Shown here in pieces: positions 41,724 through 51,629 of a stretch of DNA of 64,000 nt; position 1 is the first letter of the stretch; every line of letters begins with the position of its first letter. This stretch comes from a phage. Both the position numbers and the translations under genes were made by a program. Location of the stretch: the sequence record OZ317122.1. One strand, 5' to 3'. The notes under the pieces were generated by a model. The model was not told where the DNA came from, made no database searches, and was given only the letters and a program-made list of their open reading frames with translations.

Positions 41724-42006
41724 GAGAAATAATTCCTTGATAAGCCCAGTATGGCGGGTTAACAGAATCCTCACCAGAGTTTTCTTCAGGAAAATAAACC
41801 TGGATAACGAAGCCGGATTCATCAAAGGTGAAATAAGTAGTAGGCAGTTCACCTAACAAATCGGCACGAGCGTTGATTTCTTCGAGGTCTTGTTCACGTC
41901 CAGCCCAGAAGCTTGGGTTCAGACTACATTCATAGAAATAATAGTCATTACCGAACATATCAAAACCATTCCAACTCTCTACTACATACCGCTCAAAACT
42001 AATCAT
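41695..42006 (-). CDS. hypothetical protein
   Basis: 103 aa ORF with TAATTATG junction. Confidence 0.5.
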   Translation of the reverse strand: MISFERYVVESWNGFDMFGNDYYFYECSLNPSFWAGREQDLEEINARADLLGELPTTYFTFDESGFVIQVYFPEENSGEDSVNPPYWAYQGIISRGTKLELKE

Positions 42007-42008
42007 AA

Positions 42009-42224
42009 TTAAGCCTTTTTATCAAGAACAGCATTCAGCTTGTTAGTAATTTTATCCAGACGCTCATTAAACTCACTAGAAGATAATCCCTTTTCTGGAG
42101 AAATTAAACTAATCACGAAAAATATAGCAATAAAAGGAATAAGGAAAATAGCTCCAACTGCCATAAACAGAAAGAATGTTACAGTTGTAAGAAAATCAGC
42201 TAAACCTTTACGAAATTTATACAT
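42009..42224 (-). CDS. small membrane protein
   Basis: 71 aa, hydrophobic core. Confidence 0.5.
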   Translation of the reverse strand: MYKFRKGLADFLTTVTFFLFMAVGAIFLIPFIAIFFVISLISPEKGLSSSEFNERLDKITNKLNAVLDKKA

Positions 42225-42339
42225 ATTTTACCCTTAATTAATTAACCAAGCATTGATAAGCACTAAACTATATTGGGAATAAAATTCTGGACCAAAATGA
42301 AAAATCATATCATTTATAGTATCCATAATGTAATTCAGT

Positions 42340-42810
42340 TTAATCATGTTTCCACACCCCATCGGTATTTGACCAAAGTCGCTGATTATCTGATCCTCGC
42401 CACAGCTTTTTAGTCGGAAGATTTTTCTCATACTTCCCATCAATAATAACATCAACATATTTAAGCATTTCTAGCTGTTTAATATCTTCAAACTTATATC
42501 CTGTCCACAACCAAATGCTTTTATTGGGATAAAGATTTTTAATAGTTTGAACCACAGAGTGAATCACGTCTCTGTTATCAGGATAAAGAGGGTCTCCTCC
42601 AGTTATAGTTAATCCTTCTATATAATCATTATTCAAACATTCAATTAATTGTTCTAGTGTTTCACCAGTGAATGGAACGCCATTTCTAGCGTTCCATGTT
42701 GATTTATTATAACACCCTTCACATTTATGCAAACAACCTGTAACGAAAAGAACGACCCTGCATCCAGGGCCATTCACAAAATCGCAAGGATAAAATCTAT
42801 CATAATTCAT
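42340..42810 (-). CDS. nrdG: anaerobic ribonucleotide reductase activating protein (radical SAM)
   Basis: 156 aa; CxxxCxxC cluster GCLHKCEGC. Confidence 0.9.
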   Translation of the reverse strand: MNYDRFYPCDFVNGPGCRVVLFVTGCLHKCEGCYNKSTWNARNGVPFTGETLEQLIECLNNDYIEGLTITGGDPLYPDNRDVIHSVVQTIKNLYPNKSIWLWTGYKFEDIKQLEMLKYVDVIIDGKYEKNLPTKKLWRGSDNQRLWSNTDGVWKHD

Positions 42811-44679
42811 TGGTGTTTAACCCTATGCATGATTTCTTTATTTTTGCCGAGATTAAATCCACGTTCGTTCGGATTTCCCAAATAACCACAAGTTCTTCTT
42901 ATTGTGTTCATCTTTTTAGGATCAGTTTCTCCACAAATAGAACAAACAAACCCGTTTTCAGTAGGAGTCATTTCATGGGTACTTCCACACGTAAAACATT
43001 TATCTACTGGCATGTTAACACCAAAATAATCTAAATGTTGTGCAGCATAATCCCAGACAGCCTCAAGACCTTTTAGGTTATTTTTCATATCAGGAAGTTC
43101 AACATAAGAAATGTGACCACCTGTCGCAATGAAATGATATGGCGCTTCACGAGAAATTTTTTCAAACGGAGTAATATTTTCTTCTACTGAAACGTGGAAA
43201 CTATTAGTGTACCAGCCTTTATCGGTAACATCTTTTACACTTCCATATTTTTCTGTATCAAGTTTACAGAAGCGATAACAAAGGTTTTCAGCAGGAGTCG
43301 AATATAAACTAAAAGCAAATCCAGTTCTTTCAGTCCACTGTTTAAGATGAGCATTCATTTTAGTTAAAATTTCTTGTCCAATATCACGACCGACAAGAAT
43401 ATTCAATTCGTGAATACCAATGTATCCTAGGGACACTGAACTTCTACCATTTTTAAATAACTCAATTATATCGTCATCAGGTTTAAGACGAACCCCGAAT
43501 GCACCTTCTTGGTAAAGAATAGGAGCAACAGTCGCTTTAACTCCTTTTAAGGAACTAATTCTACACATCAAGGCTTCAAAGCACAGATCCATTCGTTCAT
43601 TAAATAGCTCAACAAATTTCTGTTCATTGAACTGTGTTCCAATATAAGAATCTAATGCGATACGAGGAAGATTCAGTGTTACAACACCGAGATTATTACG
43701 TCCATCAAGAATTTCATTACCAGTCGAATCTTTCCATACGCTCAAGAAACTACGGCAGCCCATCGGAGAAACAGGAATAGATGAACCAGTGATAGCTTTA
43801 TTGTTCTTAGCTGAAATAATATCAGGATACATCCTTTTGCTTGCACACTCTAGAGCAAGCTGCTTAATATCATAGTTCGGATCGTCTTTATAAAGATTAA
43901 CACCTTCTTCAACGAACATAACAAGCTTAGGGAAAATAGGAGTTATCCCATCACGACCGAGACCTTTAATACGATTTTTCAGAATTGCTTTCTGAATCAT
44001 TCGTTCAGTCCAGTCAGTTCCCGTACCAAATGTAATTGTTACAAAAGGTGTTTGCCCGTTTGAACTAAAGAGAGTATTTACTTCATATTCATAAGCTTGA
44101 AATGCATCGTATACGTCTTTTTCTGTTTTAGATTGAGCATAATTCAACGCATCGGCGATTTGCCATTTTTCTGCATCCTCAATATGTTTTGCATAGGTGC
44201 GTTTAACATAAGGAGAAAGTACTTTATCTACATTCGCAAAAGTCGTTCCGCCGTATTGGTGAGAAGCAACCTGTGCAGTAATTTGTGCCATAATTGCAGT
44301 AGCAACGCCAATTGATTTAGGAGTTTCAATCTGTGCATTACCTAGCTTAAATCCGTTTTCAAGCATTCCTTTTAAATCTACTAAACAACAATTAGTAAAT
44401 GGAAGAGCAGGGGAATAATCAATATCATGGAAATGAATAATTCCGCTTTCATGCGCTTTCATAATAAAAGTAATCAATATCATGGAAATGAATAATTCCG
44501 CTTTCATGCGCTTTCATAATAAAAGACGGGACCATATTTTTGGCAATGTGTTTAGACACAATACCAGCCATAAGGTCCCGTTGAGTTGGAAAAACACGAG
44601 AATCTTTATTAGCATTCTCGTTTAAAAGGTCTTTATTAGTTTTATGAATCAATCCTTCAATTTCTTTTTCAATTGTCAT
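42807..44679 (-). pseudogene. nrdD: anaerobic ribonucleotide reductase nrdD, frameshifted by a 55-bp tandem duplication
   Basis: track ORFs 44449..44679 (76 aa) and 42807..44507 (566 aa) both encode FIMKAHESGIIHFHDIDY; removing one repeat copy restores an 1818-nt ORF with C-terminal RTCGY glycyl-radical motif. Confidence 0.85.
44416..44525. repeat. perfect 55-bp tandem duplication (2 copies)
   Basis: 44416-44470 equals 44471-44525: taatcaatatcatggaaatgaataattccgctttcatgcgctttcataataaaag. Confidence 0.95.
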
Positions 44680-45149
44680 TTTAAACTCTTTCTAAGCTGC
44701 TTCTTAAATGAAGCTATTAACTGTGTTTTGGTGTCAGATTCATTATATTCAAATCCTCTTTGAAGCATCTCGGCCATCATTTCCTCTTTTCCTAAACGAG
44801 AAAATTCCTTTGATTTATCTCCAACAAAGTTAGGGTGAATATTATTTTGGGTGTAATCGGATTTTAAATAAGTAAGTAAATTTTCTAACCATTCAAGATA
44901 ATCAACACCTTGTCCCTTTAAGCCAGAACGATTAAATTTATGCTTCATTTGACCTTCTGCGGCATTGCAGAGATTACAAAGCAATCCACGTATCTTTCCT
45001 GCTTTTGGTCCATTTAATTCATGGTCATGGTCGAGGTGATTAGCTTGAACATCAGGATTTAGTTCTCGTTGGCAAATTAAGCATTTACCGTTTTGTGCAT
45101 TATAAAATTTTTGTTTTTCTTCTTTGTATAATTTGCCAGTCAATAACAT
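44676..45149 (-). CDS. 49: endonuclease VII (Holliday junction resolvase)
   Basis: 157 aa; zinc-binding CLIC...HLDHDH...CNLCN motifs. Confidence 0.9.
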   Translation of the reverse strand: MLLTGKLYKEEKQKFYNAQNGKCLICQRELNPDVQANHLDHDHELNGPKAGKIRGLLCNLCNAAEGQMKHKFNRSGLKGQGVDYLEWLENLLTYLKSDYTQNNIHPNFVGDKSKEFSRLGKEEMMAEMLQRGFEYNESDTKTQLIASFKKQLRKSLK

Positions 45150-45155
45150 AATAAA

Positions 45156-45180
45156 ACCCTTACCTTAAATAGATAAGGGT
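45156..45180 (-). promoter_or_regulatory. hairpin immediately upstream of gene 49 start (may sequester its SD)
   Basis: accctta-N11-taagggt 7-bp stem; on the mRNA the AAGGGU arm sits 4 nt before the AUG. Confidence 0.4.
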
Positions 45181-45191
45181 ATTTATTATTT

Positions 45192-45368
45192 TTAAGTATT
45201 GTAAAACATTCGATGCAATCGTTTATACTGTCGAATCATCTTTTTAGTAGGACGAGAATAGGTTCCTACGCAAGTGGTCATATGAGGGTCCGTAGAATGT
45301 CCTTTAATAAAAAGTTTCCAAACCTTACCGCCATTTAACTTTTCAGTATAAACCAATTCGGTTTTCAT
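45192..45368 (-). CDS. small protein with C-terminus repeated in the next gene
   Basis: 58 aa by hand translation; C-terminus IRQYKRLHRMFYNT. Confidence 0.4.
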   Translation of the reverse strand: MKTELVYTEKLNGGKVWKLFIKGHSTDPHMTTCVGTYSRPTKKMIRQYKRLHRMFYNT

Positions 45369-45404
45369 TAAAATGTCCTGTCAGAAAAAGAATTTTGAGT
45401 TTTT

Positions 45405-45890
45405 TCAAGTATTGTAAAACATTTGATGCAATCGCTTATATTGCCGAATCTTTTGGTCAGAAAAAGAAATTTGAGTTTCAAGCCATTCAATGTACTCTGC
45501 GGCAGCTTGCATCAGGTTACCTTCATAGCCATCGTTATTTTCTTGCGCAGCTAATTTAGCTAATGCATATGAAATACGTTCACCTTGAAAAGCGGCTTTA
45601 GGCTTCTGAACATCTTGGCTAGTTCTCTCTACAACTTCCTCGATTTCACCATTTTCAACGGATTCAGTATTCCACAAACACCAATACGTAATTGGCTTAT
45701 CATAGATGTTAATAATTTTTCCATCAGAAAGTTCAATTTCAATAATTCCAGTGTCAGGCTCTATATCATCTTCACATTCTTTTGCAAGTTCACGAACTTT
45801 AAAGACAGTACCTGCACTAAGTTCCGGCCAGTAATTACACAGCCCTGTATCAGCACGATTAATTCTAAACCACTTATCTACTGTAATCAT
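45405..45890 (-). CDS. Pin-like protein (protease inhibitor position)
   Basis: 161 aa from MITVDKWF; track ORF starts at upstream TTG; C-terminus IRQYKRLHQMFYNT. Confidence 0.55.
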   Translation of the reverse strand: MITVDKWFRINRADTGLCNYWPELSAGTVFKVRELAKECEDDIEPDTGIIEIELSDGKIINIYDKPITYWCLWNTESVENGEIEEVVERTSQDVQKPKAAFQGERISYALAKLAAQENNDGYEGNLMQAAAEYIEWLETQISFSDQKIRQYKRLHQMFYNT

Positions 45891-46185
45891 GTCCCATCTC
45901 CATATCAATTAAGTCATTTATCGTTGGTTCATTATATACTGTTTCTTCATCAGTGTAAACCGGTTCTTCCGGCTCTGGCTCTACAGTTTCCCATCTAGCC
46001 GCCCACCAAGGTTTAACCCCGAAGCTTATTAAGTTCTTCATAATCAATCCAGGATTCTAATCCTGATGGCAAATCAGATTCAATTTCCCAAAGAAGCTCT
46101 TCAATTTTCTGAAGACGATCTAGTTCTTCGGCTGGAATAGTAACCATTGACGGAGCTCGTGATACATTAATATCGTAAATCATAT

Positions 46186-46401
46186 TTACCCCAATTTAAC
46201 CATACAATCGCCGTATTTCCACTTAGAAATAGACTTTTCACCATTAGAATAATAAACTTCGAGTTTAGCACGATTATTTTTAATTTGAATAACCTTGGCT
46301 GTCATCAAAGTTCCATACCCATAATAAACTGCAACTTCATCACCTACATATACCGCGCTTCCGCGGTAATCATGAATATAGTCAGTTCCTTCGAGCATCA
46401 T
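46186..46401 (-). CDS. hypothetical protein
   Basis: 71 aa ORF. Confidence 0.5.
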   Translation of the reverse strand: MMLEGTDYIHDYRGSAVYVGDEVAVYYGYGTLMTAKVIQIKNNRAKLEVYYSNGEKSISKWKYGDCMVKLG

Positions 46402-46661
46402 TTAAAATATTCTCGCAGTTGGTCAAATCCACCAATATGACTTCCATCAGGAGCAAATACCTGAGGCATTGTCAAGCCGATTTGAGTATCACGACCTAGT
46501 TTAGTCAGAAGCTCAGCGATTTTCTCATCATCAAAAACACCTTTTTCCGGCATAATGTTGATAAATTCAAACGGCTGTTTCTTCACAGTCAAAAGACGTT
46601 TTGCATTATCGCAATACACACATTTATGGATGTTGCTATCATAACCATATACTTTAAACAT
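46398..46661 (-). CDS. nrdC: thioredoxin/glutaredoxin NrdC
   Basis: 87 aa; CVYC active site; MFKVYGYDSNIHKCVYCDNAKRLL. Confidence 0.9.
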   Translation of the reverse strand: MFKVYGYDSNIHKCVYCDNAKRLLTVKKQPFEFINIMPEKGVFDDEKIAELLTKLGRDTQIGLTMPQVFAPDGSHIGGFDQLREYFK

Positions 46662-46662
46662 A

Positions 46663-46920
46663 TTATTCCTTAATTCCTAGTACTTGTTTAAAAGTCTCGT
46701 CGTAATCAAGACTTTGGCCCGTTTGTTCTTTATGTTTGTATATAATATCACTTACTTCTGATAGCATATTTTTATATGAACGAGTTAAAGCAGATTTAAG
46801 CACGCTGTATCTATCAGGAAATTTACCATGTTCATTATAATAAGCTATTGCTAATTCACGGACTGCCTTTTCAGCAGTCTCCATATATTCTTTACGCTTT
46901 GTCATTTTCTTCTCGGTCAA
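46663..46920 (-). CDS. hypothetical protein
   Basis: 85 aa ORF. Confidence 0.5.
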
Positions 46921-47206
46921 ATCGGTGTTTACAATGGCGACATTTATAACGAAGAATACTAGTCTGCCAATGAATCAATTGAACCTGTTCAGTTCCACAT
47001 TCAGGGCAATTAGGAACGTTTTTAGAAGCCCTTTCACGACGTTCAACCATGACCATTACAGAATCCCAATTAACAGGAGGGCTATAATCATCACAACCAT
47101 AAATCTTTCCACGCATTTCCATATCATCTTCCTCACCAGCCATAATAATTTTAATTAGACTAGAATTACTTGAAGCTGCAATGTCTTCTAATAGACGCTT
47201 TTTCAT
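46892..47206 (-). CDS. zinc-ribbon protein
   Basis: 104 aa; CPECG...CRHCKH. Confidence 0.5.
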
Positions 47207-48132
47207 TTCAATACCTCAATAGCATTACGTAAACCATTTGCTTTTGCATTAAGAGCTTTTAACAATTTGGTGTGTTCTGCAATTTGGGCTTCAACTTCAA
47301 TCAAACGGGCATTGAGATATTCACGTTCTTCACTCAGATTATCAACCTTTTCTACTTTAGGCTCTTTTACAACTGTCTTATATGTATTAGGGTTCTTCAG
47401 TTTAATTAGAATGCGTGAACTGTATAACATTGAACCATTATCTTCGGTTTCGTCATACATTTCCACTACGTCCATAATTTTTAACATCATGCGGAGTTTA
47501 TAAGACAACGAACGAATAGTTTTGTTGTGCTTATTAATTTCTTTAGCTGTCATGGTGCCAAGATTACGTGAGTAATAATAAGGAACCTGGATATTAATTA
47601 ATACTGATGAACCACCTGGCTTGTGTGTTACTTCATCAGCAATAACCCAGTCCTTAACATGAACTGTATTTGTACGGTCATCGCCCGCGGTAAATAGTTT
47701 GCGAGCATGCTTAAAAAGCATATTCACTTGGTCATTGAATTGACAAGCAAATTTATCAGCAAATTTAGTTTCAGGAATGGTAGAAAACCAATCAGCCAAA
47801 TGAGTCTTTTTAACATCATTAACAATAGTAAATTCAACCAAATCGGTTATAGATGTCTCAGATTTAATGAAGCTCGGCTTCATAAAGTTTTTAATGTTCT
47901 CATGAGCTACAGTAGAAGATAACATACGAGAACGTTTAAACCATTCAAGCAAATTGCCTAACGAATGAGAATAAGCGTTTTGAGTATCTTTACAGATATG
48001 ATTTTCCTGACCAACATATTGAAGGAAATCACGAAGAATATTATTGATTACTGCTCTGTGCCCGATCTGATAATTACGGTGTTTAGTAATAAGACTGTCA
48101 AAATAATCAATATAATGTTTACGAGTTTTCAT
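47203..48132 (-). CDS. hypothetical protein with C-terminal coiled coil
   Basis: 309 aa. Confidence 0.55.
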   Translation of the reverse strand: MKTRKHYIDYFDSLITKHRNYQIGHRAVINNILRDFLQYVGQENHICKDTQNAYSHSLGNLLEWFKRSRMLSSTVAHENIKNFMKPSFIKSETSITDLVEFTIVNDVKKTHLADWFSTIPETKFADKFACQFNDQVNMLFKHARKLFTAGDDRTNTVHVKDWVIADEVTHKPGGSSVLINIQVPYYYSRNLGTMTAKEINKHNKTIRSLSYKLRMMLKIMDVVEMYDETEDNGSMLYSSRILIKLKNPNTYKTVVKEPKVEKVDNLSEEREYLNARLIEVEAQIAEHTKLLKALNAKANGLRNAIEVLK

Positions 48133-48184
48133 ATTCTTCTCACTTGGTTAATGGTTTATACTCCGAGCCATCCTTGGCTTTAAA

Positions 48185-49186
48185 TTACTTAATTAACTGT
48201 AAAGCTTGTTCAAGACGATCAAGACGATTAACGGATTCTTCCCAAATCTTTTTAGCCTGCTCATATTCTTTCTGCGCTTTATTAGAAATTTCTAGAACTT
48301 CTTTATAAGCTTTTTCTAGTGCAATAACTTCTGGACGAATTTCTACTGGTTCAGGCGAATCGTCAAGACATTCCATTAGTTCCTCAAGGGTAGTTTCTTC
48401 TTTAGGAGTATTCACAATTTCATCACATTTTTGTTGGTAAATTTCTTTATCAGTCGGTGAGTACGCACACTTTACTTCACGGAGACTAACTACAATTTTA
48501 TATCCTTCCCAACCGCATATATTCTTAAAAGGATAAGTATGAATATTTTCTACTGTTTCCATACAAAGTAATGCGGTCTCTAACTGACGAGTTATATCAC
48601 TAGCAATTGAGAAAAATTTATTAATGTTCTTTTGATTAGCTTCTGGTGTAAAAAATTCATAATTCACAAAAATAGCTGCTTTATTTTTATCAAGTTCATA
48701 TTCTTTTATGATAATCATATCAGAAGCCAAAGGATGAATTTGACGATAATCGCCATAACATAATTTAGAAGCTGATTTTAGAATTTGCTTCTTGAAAAGT
48801 CTAAAATTACTAATCCAACGACGAGTAAAAATATTCTCAGGGTCTTCTTTATTATTAAGATGATAAGAATTAACATCACCGAACCAACTGTATCCTACTA
48901 CATCTTTGGTTCGTTTAATTTCTTTCCCAAAATTACTAAGAATATCTTGATTAACTAAATATGAAAGAAGACGAGAACCTTTAAAAGTTTCCTTAATATC
49001 ATCTTTATATTCGCGACTAGAAATTTTATGAACTTCATGAATAAATTTGCTTGAAGAAACAATACTTGCATCAATATTATTGAGCCATTGATTGATAATG
49101 GAAAGAACGCTATTTTGGCCAAACATCGGTATAGCTTTATCATCAATAACGCTATTGAATGATTTGATATATTCGTTACGAGTCAT
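48185..49186 (-). CDS. hypothetical protein with C-terminal coiled coil
   Basis: about 333 aa from MTRNEYIKSF with GAGGAG SD; an early promoter lies inside the track N-terminal extension. Confidence 0.55.
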   Translation of the reverse strand: MTRNEYIKSFNSVIDDKAIPMFGQNSVLSIINQWLNNIDASIVSSSKFIHEVHKISSREYKDDIKETFKGSRLLSYLVNQDILSNFGKEIKRTKDVVGYSWFGDVNSYHLNNKEDPENIFTRRWISNFRLFKKQILKSASKLCYGDYRQIHPLASDMIIIKEYELDKNKAAIFVNYEFFTPEANQKNINKFFSIASDITRQLETALLCMETVENIHTYPFKNICGWEGYKIVVSLREVKCAYSPTDKEIYQQKCDEIVNTPKEETTLEELMECLDDSPEPVEIRPEVIALEKAYKEVLEISNKAQKEYEQAKKIWEESVNRLDRLEQALQLIK

Positions 49187-49209
49187 ATTAATCTCCTCAG
49201 TAGAAAGTA

Positions 49210-49245
49210 AGAACATTATACCACATCCTTGTGGCAAAGTAAACT
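49210..49245 (-). promoter_or_regulatory. T4-type early promoter (near-identical to the one at 2429-2457)
   Basis: attataccacatccttgtggcaaagtaaac. Confidence 0.55.
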
Positions 49246-50263
49246 AGTTTAGTGCATTTAGTGCATTGTTCAGTTTAGAACGTTGCTTCGTAAGATTTTT
49301 GACTTTTTCTTGAGCTTTTTCTAGCATCTTTTCAGCTTCTAACACTTCATTAGTTGCTTTAACGAGTTCATCATCTACTGCCTTAAGAGACTTCTCAATC
49401 GCGTCAGCGTGCCATTTTTCTACAGGTTTAAAATTTGAATTTTCAGTAGGAAGAAAACTCACTTTATTAAGTTTACATGCATCTATATTGCTTGAGCTAT
49501 ACATCCAAAATTTAGGATCGTTTGATGAGCAATTAGATAAATTTAAGTTATCTTGCACTTCCTGCTTTTTCTCTTGCGGGACTTCATCCTTTCTCAAAAA
49601 ATCGTATTTAAATGAAACGATCATATCAAGTTCATACGTTGTTGTATGTTCCCAATTTCGCTCAAAATGAGGTAAAATCTTAGACTGAACAGCGGCAACA
49701 ACATCCATATACTTAAACGCTTCTGTCAACTGTGATTTAAGGCATTCACAAATTGAAAGAGAATTTTTTGTATTAGGTTTAAAGCTAATTCGTGCAGTTC
49801 TATTATTTTCTTTTAATGGTCTTACTTCCATCTGAAGAGTATAACCATCAAATTTCAGGTTCTTTAAGTTAATGTCAGAACCTTTTAATCGACTAGCCGT
49901 CGACAAAATTTGTTTTAATTGTTTACGGAATAGAGCAATAAATCTCCATTCAAGACGGTAATGATTTGGATTAAAAAATCCTGTTGATAAATCAACCTTA
50001 CTCTGACCAACGCCTTGAACAAATAGAGGATTTTTATAATCAATAGTTTTACAGAAATCGGTGAGCTGTTCGCGAGCAGTCATTTGCGTAATATATCCAG
50101 CTTTATCAAAATGTCGCAGCCATTCACTGCTATTCATATACTTAAAGTGAATGGAACTATTAACTCTATCAGGGTCTAAATTATTTTGGCACAAAAATGT
50201 CATAACATCACGAGTATAACTGGCATTACGAACCATATCTTCAATTTGAGAACGAGTTTTCAT
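49244..50263 (-). CDS. hypothetical protein with C-terminal coiled coil
   Basis: 339 aa. Confidence 0.55.
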   Translation of the reverse strand: MKTRSQIEDMVRNASYTRDVMTFLCQNNLDPDRVNSSIHFKYMNSSEWLRHFDKAGYITQMTAREQLTDFCKTIDYKNPLFVQGVGQSKVDLSTGFFNPNHYRLEWRFIALFRKQLKQILSTASRLKGSDINLKNLKFDGYTLQMEVRPLKENNRTARISFKPNTKNSLSICECLKSQLTEAFKYMDVVAAVQSKILPHFERNWEHTTTYELDMIVSFKYDFLRKDEVPQEKKQEVQDNLNLSNCSSNDPKFWMYSSSNIDACKLNKVSFLPTENSNFKPVEKWHADAIEKSLKAVDDELVKATNEVLEAEKMLEKAQEKVKNLTKQRSKLNNALNALN

Positions 50264-50271
50264 GGTGTTCC

Positions 50272-51180
50272 TTAAGATTTAAGTAAATCAACAATTTTAA
50301 TTAACTTTTCACGCTCAGATTTAGCTTTACTACTCAATCCAGATAGTCTGAAAATTTCATCATCATATTGTTGAATAGAAATATTCAGCTCTTCAATCTG
50401 TTTATTAAAATAATCAATTTGTTCAGAATGTTTTTCGTTACTACGAACTGGTACAGGTTTTGTAGGCAATTTAGTTGAACTGGATTCATCCGGGCGATAA
50501 ATTAAAATACAATTTGAACCAATCGGGCATTTAGCACCAGACACATATTCTAGTGTTCCAGCTTCTTTTAAAACTTCAAAAGCTAAACAAAGATGATGAC
50601 CCATATTGACATAATCTGTAGAGTGAGCTCTGATGTAATAATCATCTCCACGAGTACTAAATTTAAAGCATTTAAGGTCTTCTGTATTATTGGTCTTAAA
50701 AATCATTTGTTTATCTAGACCTTTAGCTAATCGAGCGCCTAATGCTAATAATCGTCGTTGATTTTCCCACAAATCCGCAATCATTTGGTCAAATGATAAT
50801 TTCGGCATTAGTCGACCATAAAGGTCATATCCTTTATTATAATTGCGAAGGATTTCACTCGCATTAATACGAGACAACGCTCCAATTTTATTAAGGGCTT
50901 TCATGATGCGATTAGATAAACCCATTCCAGATCCGTTTGTTCGTTGCAAATGTTTATCTAACCCAAACCCAATATCAACTTTAAATTTATCTAAAATTTC
51001 AGCATGAACATCTCTGTCAATAACATTCAAATCCAAAGTTGGGTTAAATCTATGAAAAAATTTATCTGGCTCTCCACGACGAAGTACAGTCCATTCATTT
51101 AATTTTTTATTAACTAAAGATTTAATTACTGCATTGACATTATTAATTACTACTGACATATTTTCCTCACTCAATTTCAA
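50272..51180 (-). CDS. hypothetical protein with C-terminal coiled coil
   Basis: 302 aa. Confidence 0.55.
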   Translation of the reverse strand: MKLSEENMSVVINNVNAVIKSLVNKKLNEWTVLRRGEPDKFFHRFNPTLDLNVIDRDVHAEILDKFKVDIGFGLDKHLQRTNGSGMGLSNRIMKALNKIGALSRINASEILRNYNKGYDLYGRLMPKLSFDQMIADLWENQRRLLALGARLAKGLDKQMIFKTNNTEDLKCFKFSTRGDDYYIRAHSTDYVNMGHHLCLAFEVLKEAGTLEYVSGAKCPIGSNCILIYRPDESSSTKLPTKPVPVRSNEKHSEQIDYFNKQIEELNISIQQYDDEIFRLSGLSSKAKSEREKLIKIVDLLKS

Positions 51181-51574
51181 TTTTACTAAATATACAGAAT
51201 AAGATGGAACAGACTATATAAGCACCACACACAGATTGAACTAATACCATTCCAAAGAACCAAACAATATTATCAAACAATGTCTGTTTTACGTCGAAAG
51301 GACGTAAACTTACAGTAATATTATCGCCTTTTTCTATTGATGAATACATCTCTGGTGAAATATATTCACTAAATCTATAACCGTCTTTGAGTTCATATAC
51401 GGCAATAAACGATAAACTAGACCCCTTTCCTTGAGTTCCTGTAAGGGTATTAACTACAGTAACATCATAATCTTTATAATGCATATAATCATTAATTGCG
51501 TAATAACCATATGCAATTGCTATACATAAACAACATATCAATAAATTCAATCTTTTAATTATCAACTGTTTCAT
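51167..51574 (-). CDS. membrane protein (N- and C-terminal hydrophobic segments)
   Basis: 135 aa. Confidence 0.5.
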   Translation of the reverse strand: MKQLIIKRLNLLICCLCIAIAYGYYAINDYMHYKDYDVTVVNTLTGTQGKGSSLSFIAVYELKDGYRFSEYISPEMYSSIEKGDNITVSLRPFDVKQTLFDNIVWFFGMVLVQSVCGAYIVCSILFCIFSKIEIE

Positions 51575-51629
51575 AATAATCTCAATTAAAAGGGCTTAGA
51601 ACCATTATACCATCCTTGGTATAAAGCGG

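Noticed and set aside
42807-44679. Group I intron in nrdD, as in T4
   Set aside because: Apart from the 55-bp duplication the coding sequence is contiguous at 1818 nt; there is no roughly 1-kb insert or intron-like structure.
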